A stretch of DNA of 64,000 nucleotides from Squalus acanthias (lineage: Eukaryota), in NCBI GenBank assembly GCA_030390025.1, contig CM059432.1:105402001-105466000 (forward strand), written 5' to 3'. Position 1 is the first letter of the stretch; each line of letters begins with the position of its first letter. Below are positions 1 to 12,519 of this stretch, in pieces. Both the position numbers and the translations under genes were made by a program. The notes below the pieces were generated by a model that did not search any database, was not told the origin of the DNA, and was given only the letters and a program-made list of their open reading frames with translations.

Positions 1-405
1 AGCACCGCGCAACAATCGCCAGGCAGGATTGTTACCTCCCAGTCGGGGAACACTTCAGCAGTCAAGGACATTCAGTTAATCGTTTTACATACAGACGGCA
101 GCTTTTGACACGTTAGACCCCATGCGACTCCACCTCATTGTCTCAGTTGTATCTTGCTATGTCTTTGATGTGGTACCTTCCTGGCTGACCTGATTAACTT
201 TATCACACCTCGGCAGATAAACAGTCAGGATGATTGAATTTAGTTGTCTGCAATTGTAAGTTACACATGCATTGTTCTCTATCTATATATGCTTTGACGA
301 TTCTGTAAGTCCTCACTTCACCCGATGAAGGAGTTGTAACTCCGAAAGCTTGTGATTTAAAATAAAACTGTTGGACTATAACCTGGTGTTGTGCGACCTC
401 TCAAT
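1..405 (+). mobile_element. Penelope-like element 3' fragment (end of GIY-YIG region plus 3' UTR/pseudo-LTR)
   Basis: 1-75 encodes HRATIARQDCYLPVGEHFSSQGHS, matching the Penelope ORF at 45408-46391. 313-405 matches the reverse complement of about 44990-45082. Confidence 0.85.
318..355 (+). ncRNA. Minimal hammerhead ribozyme motif (core U4>C variant)
   Basis: TCAC-CCGATGA-A-GGAGT(TGTA)ACTCC-GAAA-GCTT-GTGA: stem I TCAC/GTGA, stem II paired, palindromic AGCT stem III. Confidence 0.65.
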
Positions 406-426
406 TTTATAAATAGAGGCATGGAA

Positions 427-1877
427 CAGTGCTTCTCAAACTGGGGTCGGCAGACCCTGGGGGTCCATAGAGACTTTCTGCGAAATACTGTGAACGTGAC
501 CCATTGCTGCGGTTGCACGGGTTGGGCTCATGCTGTTGGCCGTTATTTTGATTTCTTCCGTCCACTCAATCAGGAGTTCGATGTCAGGCCTGGGGGGCCT
601 GGTGCACTTGCACAGCGAGACACTGGTAAGCGATCGCCGGGGGCCGAGGCAGCTCGGGAAATGGACAAGTAAGTGGATTAGTGGGCCTTCGGACTGACTG
701 AAAATCCCAAGAGAGCAGACGAGGGGCCCCAGAGACACCGGGAATGGATTTGCAGAGCTGGGGCTGGGGGAGAGTAGGAAGAAGCCATCACGTCAGCCTT
801 GTCCAAGGGCCTGGAATCACGATCGAGCCAAGCTTCGTTCACTGAGTACGGCAGCTGGGTCTGTGACTGAACCCGGACTAAAGCCACGGTCCCAGTTACT
901 GGCAGTGTCCCAATGGCAGAAATGCCACACACCATGTAGCATGTCAGCAATATTCCAGCACAGACAGGCTGGTAAACAGCAGAGGGGGCGGGGTGGGGGG
1001 GGGGAGGACAAAATCCTGAAACACTCAGCAGCTGTGCAGTGACTAGGCGAGCGGTGGAGGGTTACACCTGAAATGGTGCCAGTGTTCCAACAGGAGCCAC
1101 TGAGCCTAATCCCACTCCAGGAAGAACAGGGAGGTGCCTTGCGATGAAGTATTCAACAGGCACGTTGCTGAACCTGTTGAGTTACCTTTCAGCTGAAGGA
1201 AAGATAAAAGTTTTCACATCACCAATCACAGCAATGTTCCCTATATCGGACAGCCCTGGCAAAATTTCAGGCAATTCCCTTTAACAGGATGCTGAAAAAG
1301 AAAGACTTGGATTTATACAGCACCTTTTATGACCACCGAACATCCCAAAGCATTTTACAGCCAATGAAGTACTTTTGAAGTGTAGTCACTGTGTAATGTA
1401 GGAAATGCGGCAGCCAATTTGCACACAGCAAGTTCCCACAAACAGCAATGTGATAATGACCAGATAATCTGTTTTTTAGTGATGTTGGTTGAGGGATAAA
1501 TATTGGCCAGGACACCGGGGATAACTCCCCTGCTCTTCTTCGAAATAGTGCCCATGGGATCTTTTACATCCACCTGAGAGGGCAGACGGGGCCTTGGTTT
1601 AATATCCCATCCGAAAGACGGCACCTCCGACAGTGCAGCACTCCCTCAGCACTGCACTGGAGTGTCTGCCTAGATTTTTGTGCTCAAGTCTCTGGAGTTG
1701 GACTTGAACCTACAACCTTCTGTCTCAGAGGTGAGAGCGAGCCACACTCATGAACTTTACATTCAGAAATGTAAATGTGCAAGGAGTTTACAGTATTATA
1801 ATTTAGATGGGGCGGGGGGGGTCTGTGATTACTAATCCATGAAGGGTCCTTCAACCAAAAAATTTTGAGAACCACTG
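427..1877. mobile_element. hAT-type non-autonomous DNA transposon carrying nested insertions
   Basis: TIRs CAGTGCTTCTCAAA / TTTGAGAACCACTG. Degenerate 8-bp TSD GCATGGAA / GCAGAGAG (CR1 consensus GCATAGAG). Confidence 0.7.
1295..1748 (-). mobile_element. tRNA-derived SINE (SacSINE1/DeuSINE-like)
   Basis: Minus-strand B-box GGTTCAAGTCC; body homologous to copies at 23055, 24470 and 36036. Confidence 0.8.
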
Positions 1878-3210
1878 GCAGAGAGTATAAAAGCAAGGAA
1901 GTTATCTAAACCTTTACAAAACATTGGTCAGCCCCCAGCTGGAGTATTGTGTCCAATTCTGGGCACCACACTTTAGGAAGGATGTCAAGGCCTTAGAGAG
2001 GGTGCAGAGGAGAGTTACTAGAATGGTTCCAGGGATGAAAGACTTCAGTTACGTGGAGAGACTGGAGAAACTGAAGTTGTTCTCCTTAGAGCAGAGAAGG
2101 TTAAGGGGAGATTGGGTAGAGGTGTTCAAATCATGAAGGGTTTTGCTAGAATAAATAAGGAGAAACTGTTTCCAGTGGCAGGAGGGTCGATAACCAGAGT
2201 ACACAAATTTAAGGTAATTGGCAAAAAAACAGAGGCTACATGAAGAAACATTTTTTTACACAGCGAGTTGTTGTGATCTGGAATGCACTGCCTGAAAGGG
2301 CGGTGGAAGCAGATTCAATAATAACTTTCAAAAAGGAATTGGATAAATACTTGAAGTGGAAACATTTTCAGGTTATGAGGAAAGAGCAGGGCAGCGGGAC
2401 TAATTCGATTGCTCTTTCAAAGAGCTGGCACAGGCACGATGGGCTGAATGGCCTCCTTCTGTGGCTTATCATTCTATGATTCTATGTGAATGGAGCAGGT
2501 GTGGTGCTGGAGACGTTTCTGTAGTGCTATGGGCACCCACTAGCCCCATGCAAATTAGGTGGCCTCCCGCTGACTATGCAAACTCTAACGAGGTCAGTAC
2601 TGGAGGGCACTAGCACTACATCGGAGTGCAGATCGGAACAGAGTGTTAAACTGCGAGTTTGGTGAGTGAGGGAGTAAATCTTAAAGGTTAATCTCTTATT
2701 TTTATAAATTCTAGACTTGTGTGCTTGCAATTAGCATTTAAATTTACTGTTTCAAGTTTTAAGTTTCTTTCAGGCTTGGGCAGGGCTAATCAAGCTCTGT
2801 GCTGGAGAGCAGGTGAGAGAAATTAATTAATTAAGTGGTCTAATCTGGTTCTGTAACTGCCAGAGAGCTCACTTATTTAAATCTCAGCAGTATAAATAAG
2901 GGAGGCTAGAGTGCAGTTTGTCACAGAGTGCAGATTAGAACAGAGTGTTAAACTGCGAGTTGAGTTGATTCGGGGAGGGAGGTGTTCCTTTCTTTTTCCA
3001 TCTTTGTCAGCTTCCAGGAGAGCAGGAGCTAAAAAGCTGCACAAGAGGGGACAGAGAACCAGCGGTGAGTATTTCTACAGTATTTCTACATTCCAGTCAT
3101 TAAAGTAAAAGTAAGGTCTCTAGTTTGGAGTAAGTAGTGTTTAAAGGGAAGTAAGGTCCCTAGTGTATTTAATATTCTTTAATTTAAAGGGAGTAAATTA
3201 AGGGTAGGAC

Positions 3211-4170
3211 ATGGCAGGGCAGCTCGGCAGCATGGAGTGCTCCTCCTGTGCTATGTTGGAAGTCAGGGACACTTTAGGTGTCCAGGGCGAACACATATGC
3301 AGGAAGTGTCTCCAGCTGCAGCTACTCGAAATCCACGTTTTGGAGCTGGAGCTGCGGCTGGAGTCACTGTGGAGCATCCGCGAAGCTGAGATCTTCGTGG
3401 ATAGCACGTTTAACAAGGTGGTCACACTGCAGGTAAAGAGTGCACAGGCAGACAGGGAATGGGTGACCGCCAGACAGAGTAAAAGAACTAGGAAGGTAGT
3501 GCAGAAGTCTCCTGGGTCCATCTCCCTCTCCGACAGATTTTCTGTTTTGGATACTGATGGGGGAGATGGTTTCTCAGGGGAATGCAGCAAGAGCCAAGTC
3601 CGTGGCACTATGAGTGGCTCAGCTGCACAGGAGGGGAGGAAAAAGAGTGGGAGAGCAATAGTGATAGGGGATTCTATTCTAATGGGAACAGATAGACGTT
3701 TCTGTGGCCGCAGACGTGACTCCAGGATGGTATGTTGCCTCCCTGGTGCCAGGGTTAAGGATGTTACTGAACGGCTGCAGGGCATTCTGAATGGGGAGGG
3801 TGCACAGTCAGAGGTGGTGGTTCACATTGGTACCAATGACATGGGTAGAAAGAGGGATGAGGTCCTGCAACAGAATTTAGGGAGCTAGGTAGCAGATTAA
3901 AAAGCAGGACCTCAAAGGTTGTAATCTCTGGATTACTCCCGGTGCCACGTGCTAGTGAGTATAGGAATAGGAGGATAGCGCAGATGAATGCGTGGCTAAA
4001 GAGTTGGTGCAGGAGGGAGGGCTTTAGTTTCCTGGATCACTGGGTCTGCTTCTGGGGAAGGTGGGACCTGTAAAAGTCAGACGGGTTGCACCTGAACCGG
4101 AACGGGACCAACATCCTTGCGGGGAGATTTGCTAGTACTGTTGGGGGGGAGGGGTTTAAACTAACTTGGC
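3211..4170 (+). pseudogene. CR1 ORF1 (zinc finger/leucine zipper + SGNH esterase), disrupted
   Basis: CxxC...CxxC plus Leu heptads; SGNH blocks IGDSI, PGARV, HIGTND, DGLHLN. Frameshift near 3880 and stop near 4071. Confidence 0.88.
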
Positions 4171-4284
4171 AGGGGGATGGGATATGGAGTGAAGCTATAG
4201 TAGGGGATGATGCACAACCAAATATAGAGGAAAAAACAAGTCAGCCTGGAAGGCAGAGCAAATATGTAATGGCACAAGGGAGTA

Positions 4285-7075
4285 TGGCAAGGCTGGATGG
4301 CATTTATTTTAATGCAAGGAGTCTTGCGAGTAAGGCAGATGAATTGAAGGTGTTGATGAACACATGGGAGTACGATATTGTTGCTATCACAGAGACATGG
4401 TTGAGGGAGGGGCAGGACTGGCAGCTCAATATTCCGGGGTATAGAATCTTCAGGCGAGACAGAGGGGGGGTGTAAAAGAGGAGAGGGTGTCGCAATATTA
4501 ATCAAGGAGTCAATTACTGCTGTAAGGAGGGATGATATCTTAGCAGGTTCCTCTAATGAGGCCATATGGGTAGAACTTATAAACAAAAAGGGGGCAAGCA
4601 CTTTGCTGGGAGTGTACTATAGGCCCCCAAACAGTCAGGGGGAGATAGAGGAACAGATATGTAGGCAAATCTCAGAGAAGTATAGAAATAATAGGGTAAT
4701 AATAGTAGGGGATTTCAACTTCCCCAATATTAACTGGGATAGTCAGAGTGTGAAAGGCTTAGAGGGTGTGAAATTCATAAAGTGCATCCAGGAGAGCTTT
4801 TTGAGCCAGCATGTAGGAAGTCCTACAAGAGAGGGGGCGGTACTGGACCTAATTCTAGGGAATGAAGCCGGGCAAGTGGGAGAAGTGTTAGTAGGAAAGC
4901 ATTTTGGTGACAGTGACTATAATTCGGTGAGATTTAAGGTAGTCATGGAAAAGGACAAAGATGGACCAGAAATAAAGGTTCTAAATTGGGGGAAGGCCGA
5001 TTTTAATATGATAAGGCAGGATCTGGCCAAAGTGGACTGGGATCAGCTACTTGTAGGAAAATCCACATCAGAGCAGTGGGAGTCTTTCAGAAAGGAAATA
5101 GAGAGAGTACAATGGCAACATGTTCCCGTAAAGGTCAAGGGTGGGACCAACAAGCCCAGGGAACCCTGGATGTCAAGGGATATACGAGAATGGAGTAGCA
5201 AAAAAAGGGAGGCTTTTGGCAGATACAAAGGGCTAAAAACAGTGGAAGCCCTAGAGGAGTATAGAAAGTGCAGGGGGGTACTTAAAAAAGAAATTAGGAG
5301 AGCGAAGAGGGGGCATGAAATAACACTGGCGGGCAAAATAAAGGAAAATCCCAAGGTGTTTTATAAGTATATTAAGGGCAAGAGGATAACCAGGGAAAGA
5401 GTAGGGCCCATTAGGGACCAAAGTGGCAATCTGTGTGTAGAGCCGGAAGATGTAGGTGGGGTTTTAAATAAATATTTTGCATCTGTGTTCACTATGGAGA
5501 AGGACGATGTAGGCATAGAAATCAGACAGGGGGTTGTGATATACTTGAACAAATTAGTATTGAGGGAGGAGGTACTAGCGGTTTTAGCGGGCTTAAAAGT
5601 GGATAAATCCCCAGGCCCAGACGAGATGTATCCCAGGCTGCTGTGTGAGGCAAGGGAGGAGATTGCAGGGGCTCTGACACAAATTTTCAGAACCTCTCTG
5701 TCCACAGGGGAGGTGCCAGAGGACTGGAGAACAGCTGACGTAGTACCATTATTCAAGAAGGGTAGTAGGGATAAACCAGGGAATTACAGGCCAGTGAGCC
5801 TAACATCCGTGGTAGGGAAATTATTGGAAAAAATTCTGAGGGACAGAATTAGTCTCCACTTGGAGAGGCAAGGATTAATCAAGGATAGTCAGCACAGCTT
5901 TGTCAGGGGGAGATCATGTCTGACCAATTTGATTGAATTTTTCGAGGGGGTGACTAGGTGTGTGGATGAGGGTAGTGCAGTTGATGTGGTCTGCATGGAC
6001 TTCAGTAAGGCTTTTGACAAAGTCCCACATGGGAGACTGGTCAAGAAGGTAAGAGCCCATGGGATCCAGGGCAACTTGGCACATTGGATCCAAAATTGGC
6101 TTAGTGGCAGGAGGCAGAGGGTGATGGTCGAGGGTTGTTTTTGTGACTGGAAGCCTGTGTCCAGTGGTGTACCGCAGGGATCGGTGCTGGGTCCTTTGCT
6201 GTTTGTGGTGTACATTAATGATTTAGATATGAATGTAGGAGGTATGATCAGTAAGTTTGCAGATGACACGAAAATTGGTGGGGTGGTAAATAGCGAGGAG
6301 GGAAGCCTTCGGCTACAGGACGATATAGACAGGTTGGTCAGATGGGCAGAACAGTGGTAAATGGAATTTAACCCTGAAAAGTGTGAGGTGATGCATTTTG
6401 GGAGGACTAACAAGGCAAGGGAATACACAATGAATGGTAGGACCCTAGGAAGGACAGAGGATCAGAGGGACCTTGGTGTGCATGTACATAGATCCCTGAA
6501 GGCAGCAGGACAGGTAGATAAGGTGGTTAAGAAGGCATATGGGATACTTGCCTTCATTAGCCAAGGCATAGAATATAAGAGCAGGGAGGTTATGATGGAG
6601 CTGTACAAAACGCTAGTTAGGCCACAGCTGGAATACTGTGTGCAGTTCTGGTCGCCACACTATAGGAAGGATGTGATTGCATTGGAGAGGGTGCAGAGGA
6701 GATTCACCAGGATGTTACCTGGGTTGCAGCGCTTCAGCTATGAAGAGAGACTGGACAGAGAAGGCTGAGGGGGGACCTGATTGAGGTGTACAAAATTATG
6801 AGGGGCATAGATAGGGTAGATAGAAATGAACTTTTCCCCTTAGTAGAGGAGTCAATAACCAGGGGGATAGTTTCAAGGTAAGGGGCAGGAGGTTTAGAGA
6901 GGATTTGAGGAAAAACTTTTTCACCCAGAGGGTGGTTGGAATCTGGAACTCACTGCCTGAAAGGGTGGTAGAGGCAGGAACCCTCATAACATTCAAGAAG
7001 CATTTAGATGAGCACTTGAAACACCATAGCATACAAGGCTACGGACCAAGTGCTGGAAAATGGTATTAGAATAGA
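4285..7075 (+). pseudogene. CR1 ORF2 (APE endonuclease + reverse transcriptase), disrupted
   Basis: [58 protein letters not shown]. Breaks at about 4473, 6358 and 6766. Confidence 0.95.
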
Positions 7076-7751
7076 TAGGGCTTGATGGCCGGCGCGGGCA
7101 CGATGGGCCGAAGGGCCTCTTTCTGTGCTGTATAACTCTGTGACTCTATGACTAGCGGGCGCGACCCTAAAATGCGAGCTACACGAATCTCGGAGATTCT
7201 GGGCCCTTATGCTTACTCCTGAACGATAAAGTATTTTTTGAGTATGAGTTAGTTACATTTAAATAGTAATTAAATGATCCATTTGGATTAATGCCTTACT
7301 CATCCCACTTGGTGGCACTACAGTCCTGGAAATAATTTGTCACCATAAAAAACAAGTCACAGTACTGCACTGCACAGATGATCATGAGAATAGGTATTGT
7401 AATTTTAATTAAGTTAGGGGCATTCACAAATCAAATTTGACACCCAAGTTCATCTGAATTTTGGTAGTTTGAGTGGAAGCAAGTCTAAGGGTGTGAAATT
7501 GGATTATGCCCGAAAACGGGCGCAGGGAGCATGATGCTAGCAGCATGCAAAATTCATGTTGTCTGCTCATTTACATGATTGGAGCACTGAGCTAAGCGCT
7601 GAATATGCTGCTGGTTGGCTCAGTGCTCAAGAGGGGGGCCAATATCGGGTGCAGTCTACTGGCCAAAACTTTTTTTACCTAGGCTCTTTGCACTTCTTAA
7701 AGGGGAGGTGCTTTGTGGCAAAAGCACCTCATTGTCACTCTGCATGCAGCC

Positions 7752-9416
7752 ATGGCTCAACAGGGAAGAGAAAGGGCAAGGAGATTCTCTGATGCAGCAC
7801 TGGAAGCCTTGGTCCTGGGAGTATACAGAAGAAGACAGGTCCTCTACCCGCAGGGGACAGTAGGCCTTCCAGACAGAATGCCAAAGGTATTGGGAGTAGA
7901 TTGCTGAAGCGGTCAGTGTGTTGCCCCCAGGACCTGGATCCAGTGCCACAAGAAGTTTAATGACCTCACACAAGTGGTCAAGGTGAATGAATGCACCTTT
8001 AAATGCCCTATCCCACCAACTGCACCACTAGCCTCACACACTGCTCAATGCACCACACCCCCAACACTCACCTACCAACAATCTCCAGCAAATACGACGC
8101 ATACCTCACAATCATAGCTTCACCTCACCCTCACACACTTACCGGTGCTGCAAGTCTCACACGCACATCTCACATCTTGCACACACTGCCAGCTATTCAA
8201 CCATGACAGTTACATCACCCAAAAACATTGCACCACACTCACTAACACAGTTCCCTTTCTTTTGCAGGCCAAGGTGGCTCACAGCCGCCGTGAGCAGCAG
8301 CAAACAGGCGGAGGGGAAGCACATCTTCAAAACCTCACTGTGCTGGAGGAGACTCTGCTGGAGATCATTGGAGGGGCCATCACTGAGGCCGTGGTGAGTG
8401 GCGAGGTTGAAAGCATTGCTGATGACGGTATGTTCATACCTAATCCTCCTTCTCACATCCCACTTCCCCCTCATCCCATAATCTCACTCACTTACAAGCT
8501 GCTGATGATCTAAGCATGCACACCTTGCTTCCCCCCTCTCCTCACCACAACCTAACCCTTGTGTCTTTCTACTTTCAGATACCCAAGAACTTCCACCAGC
8601 CCAGCCTGTCCCCGACCTAGTAGAGGAGGAGAGTGAAGGAGAAGAGGCACCGTGACTCGAGCTGACACTCCCAGGCCCCAGCTCAGAAAATGGCACTGTG
8701 TGTACTTTCAAGGGTAGTATAAAGGTGGGATCTGCAAGTGGTGAGTCACCGGGCACGAGTGGGCTGCAGCCAGGCCAGGGGGAAAAGGTAGCGCAGGTGC
8801 TGCCTCCCCGGAGGGCGAGGTCGCACACGAGTTCTGTGGCACAGGACTCAGATGAGGAATTCGATGGGGCGGCCTTCAGAAGAAGGGTGATGGGCATGCT
8901 TGGTGCAATGGCAGGCCTGCTAGAGAGCCTCTTACCAGTGTCCAGAAGCATGGAGGAAACCAGCTCCAACAATGCACGGGGCTTTCCGCGGAGCTTGGAG
9001 CCATGATTTAGAATCATAGAATCATAGAATGGTTGCAGCACAGCAGGAGGCCATTCAGCCTGTCCTCCAACAGATTGCTAGGAATGCTGAGGCGCCGCCC
9101 TGGGGGTGTGGCAGTGGCTCTGTGGAAGAAGAACCTGCCGTCCTCTCTCAGGATGACAGCATTCAACCTCCCACCACTGCCACTCCGCCAGTTCCCTTGC
9201 AGCTGCCTGTCAGCCAACCAGCCCAGTCTGCTGCCGCCCATGCTGAGGTGGTGCCGTCTACAGCAGGGCCTTTTAGGCCCAGAGCTGCTCGAGGTCATCC
9301 TGCAAGGCCATCTGCAGTCTCCCCCATGGAAAGTCAGCAGCCACGTTGCAGCTACTGGGATAGCAATATGTAGGAGCACTAGGGTAGGCAAAAGGAACAT
9401 GAAAGAAAGACACTAA
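7752..9416 (+). pseudogene. Harbinger Myb/SANT-like DNA-binding gene, 3 exons (7752-7982, 8268-8427, 8579-about 9416), disrupted
   Basis: RARRFSDAALEALV...WIQCHKKFNDL; GT-AG introns at the same positions as in H6; frameshifts and stops. Confidence 0.8.
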
Positions 9417-9599
9417 GGAATGCACAAGGATAATTAGTTGACTTTGTATGTAGTTTTGGATTGATTCATTTATAAATTATATTTGGATTGTTTGTTTTGT
9501 GGTGGCTCTCATTTCAGCTTTGTGCCCAAGAGGGCGCTGTGGTATTCCGTGACAGGATGCTAAGGTGGGGAAGTGGTGAGCAACAGGGAATCTGGGGTT

Positions 9600-10734
9600 T
9601 CATTCAGGGGAACCAGATTCTGATGAGTCGCTCATGGAATGGGGATTTGCTGCGTGCGTCCTCCCTTCCTCCTCCTCTTTTTCCATTTCCTTCTTCTCCT
9701 CCTCTTCCTCCTCCTGAGGTGGTCGCGGAACATGTGGAGGCAAGAGCTGTGCCCTCATGATGGCCAAGTTGTGAAACATGCAGCAGACCACCACGAAATG
9801 GGACACCCGTTCCAGCGTGTACTGGAGGGCTCCTCCCGAGTGATCAAGGCAGCGGAACCGTTGCTTCAGCACACTGATGGTCTTCTCAATGAGGTTCCTC
9901 ATGGCAGCATGGCTCTCATTATATGAGTGCTGGCCACGAGTGGTGGGGTTGCGGAGGGGAGTCATCAGCCAGGTGTAGAGCGGATAGCTCTTGCCTCTGA
10001 GCAGCCTCCCTTGGGTTTGACATGGTGGCTGGAAAATTGCTGGAGCAGGACGAAGACATCATGACTGCTGCCAGGATACTGGGCATTCACCATCATGATG
10101 TGCTGGGCGTGGTTGCACATCAACTGTACATTAAGTGAGTGGTAGCCTTTGCAGTTACGGTACATCTCAGGATTGATATACGGCGCCCGTAAAGCCACAT
10201 GTGTGCAGTCGATGGAGCCTGGGGAAGACCGATATCCTGGAAAAGCCACATGTGCGTTCCTCCTGCTTCTCTCTATTCAGAGAGAAGACAATGAAATCCC
10301 TGCTCCTGGAGTACAGAGCCTCTGTGACCTCCCGGATGCAGTGCTGGATGATGAACTGGGAGGTGTTAGCTATGTCTCCTGCTCCAGACTGGAAGGATCC
10401 GGTGGCGAAAAAAATTGAGGACTTCGGTGACCTTGAGGGCTACTGGCAGTGCCATCGTTGCCCTGCTCTGAGGCTGCAGGTCTGGCTCCAAGAGGTGGCA
10501 GAGTTCTGTGACCACCTCCTTGGTGAAGTGGAGCCTCCAAATACATTGCTCCTGGCTTAAATGCAGGTAGGAGAATTGCTCTCGGAAGACCCTAGGTGGG
10601 TAAGGCTTCCTGCTGAGACCCCTCTTACCTCTCCTCCGCCTCCCTCAGTGAGCAGCTTGTCCTCTTCTGTGCTGTCTCTGCTCCATCTCCCTGTTATGCT
10701 CCAGCACGAGGGGGACTGCAAGCAGAGCCCCCAT
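9600..10734 (-). pseudogene. Harbinger DDE transposase (HARBI1-like), disrupted
   Basis: [48 protein letters not shown] spread over several frames. Confidence 0.9.
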
Positions 10735-10842
10735 GACTGGGAGCAAGTGGTCTGTGCAGAACCCTTGAAATCAGACGCAAGGCTTTCTCCACTTGCAGCA
10801 CCACTTCCTGTCACCTCACCTCACCAACTGTAAATAACTGTA

Positions 10843-11120
10843 GAAAGAACATAAGAATTATGAGCAGGAGTAGACCACACAGACCCTCGAGCCTGCTCCG
10901 CCATTCAATAAGATCATGGCTGATCTTCGATCTCAACTCTACTTTCCCGCCCGATTCCCATATCCCTTGATTCACCTGGAGTCCAAAAATCTACCTATCT
11001 CAGCCTTGAATATAATCAACGATTCAGCATCCACAGCCCTTTGGGGCAGAAAATTCCAAAGATTCGCAACCCTCTGAGTGAACAAATTCCTCCTCATCTC
11101 AGTCTTAAATGGCCAACCCC
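10843..11120 (-). mobile_element. CR1 3' tail fragment
   Basis: Reverse complement reads MRRNLFTQRVANLWNFLP followed by a TTCTTATGTTCT tail. Confidence 0.8.
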
Positions 11121-11121
11121 C

Positions 11122-11935
11122 TAATTAAGGAGAGCCAATACGGATTTGTAAAAGCCAGATCGTGTTTGACTAATCTAATTGAATTTTTTGATCAAGTAAC
11201 AGAGGATTGATGAAGGGAATGCAATGGATGTTGTCTACATGGATTTTCGGAAGGTGTTTGACAAAGTACCACATAGAAGGCTGGTTAACAAAATTGAGGT
11301 ACATGGAATAGGTGGGTCAGTGGCAGCTTCAATAAGGAATTGGCTTAAGGACAGAAAACAGCGAGCTGTGGTAAATGGCTGTTTTTCAGACTGGAGGATG
11401 GTAGACAGTGGTGTTCCCCAAGGGTCAGTGCTGGGGCCACTGCTTTTTTTGATATATATATAAATGACCTGGATAGTGGAATACAGAGTAGAATCTCTAA
11501 ATTTGCTGATGACACCAAACTTGGGGGTGTGGCAAACAGTGATGATGATACCAATCGACTGCAACAAGACATAGAAAGGCTAGCAGAATGGGCAGACAAG
11601 TGGCAGATGGAATTTAATACAGAGAAGTGTGAGGTGATGCATTTTGGCAGAAGGAACAGAGAGAGACAATATACACTTAATGGCACAGTTTTAATGAGTG
11701 TGCAGGGACAGAAGGACCTGGGAGTTAACGTGCATAGGTCGCTGAAGGTGGCAGGACATATTGAGAGAGTAGTTAACAAAGCATATGGGATCTTGGGCTT
11801 CATAAATAGAGGTATTGAGTACAAAAGTAGAGAAGTTATGCTGAACCTTTACAAAGCGCTGGTTAGGCCACAACTGGAGTATTGCGCCCAGTTCTGGTCA
11901 CCACACTTTAGGAAGGATGTGAAGGTCCTTGAGAG
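11122..11935 (+). mobile_element. CR1 RT fragment
   Basis: [39 protein letters not shown]; fused directly to Harbinger sequence at about 11936. Confidence 0.9.
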
Positions 11936-11939
11936 ACAG

Positions 11940-12384
11940 ACTTTCCAGCTGGCTGCTTGGAGACGAGGGCTATCCACTGAAGACATGGTTCATGACACCC
12001 TTGAGAAGGCCAAGTACTGAGGCCAAGGTGAGATATAATGAAAGGCACATTTCCACCAGATGTGTCATAGAGCAGACAATAGGCATGCTCAAAATGCACT
12101 TCAGATGCATTGACAGATCTGGAGGAGCCCTTCAGTACGCACCAGCCAAGGTCTCCAGAATCGTCGTAGTTTGCTGTGCCCTACACAACATAGCGCAGCA
12201 GCGAGGATTAGTGCTGCATGAGGGGCAAGGCACTGAGCGCACAGCCTCTTCAGAAGAGGAGTGTCAGCTGGAAGGTGAGGAAAAGGAGGAGCTGGAGGAA
12301 CCTGCGGTCCAGATCCCATCAGCACCCGAGCACATTGCTGCCCAGGAGGCCAAGGATAGGCTCATCATGGCCAGATTGACTTAA
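11940..12384 (+). pseudogene. Harbinger H2 transposase C-terminal half
   Basis: [10 protein letters not shown]...[19 protein letters not shown]...CCALHN plus acidic tail; homologous to 50196-51374. Confidence 0.88.
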
Positions 12385-12519
12385 TTTTACGCATTACACC
12401 CATATGGTTGCCAAATGCTGCGCCAGATTGGCACCACCTCATAGCAACACCATGAAGCATCCCTACAATGACCAGGCCATTATCTTTCACACTGACCACC
12501 ATTGCTAGAGGTAACGTGA

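Larger units (their letters stand above)
406..2486 (+). mobile_element. CR1 LINE 3' fragment, split by a hAT-type insertion
   Basis: FINRG... at 406-426 resumes at 1878 (EYKSKEV...PQLEYCVQFWAPHFRKD...FFTQRVV.IWNALP); ATTCTATG tail at about 2470-2486. Confidence 0.9.
2615..7150 (+). mobile_element. Near full-length CR1 LINE (5' UTR, ORF1, ORF2, microsatellite tail)
   Basis: ORF1 and ORF2 in tandem, TATAACTCTGTGACTCTATG tail, candidate TSD ACTAGC at 2609-2614 and 7151-7156. Confidence 0.93.
7489..10840. mobile_element. PIF/Harbinger transposon H1 (right end lost to a CR1 insertion)
   Basis: Begins TAA|GGGTGTGAAATT; convergent Myb/SANT (+) and transposase (-) remnants. Confidence 0.85.

Noticed and set aside
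500..1272. Coding sequence inside the hAT element
   Set aside because: Short ORFs with no recognisable domain; possibly a Harbinger-derived fragment but not supportable.
1684..1748. tRNA gene
   Set aside because: Only the B-box of a SINE head; no cloverleaf.
11929..12384. CR1-Harbinger fusion protein
   Set aside because: A junction of two broken elements with no continuous frame or promoter evidence.
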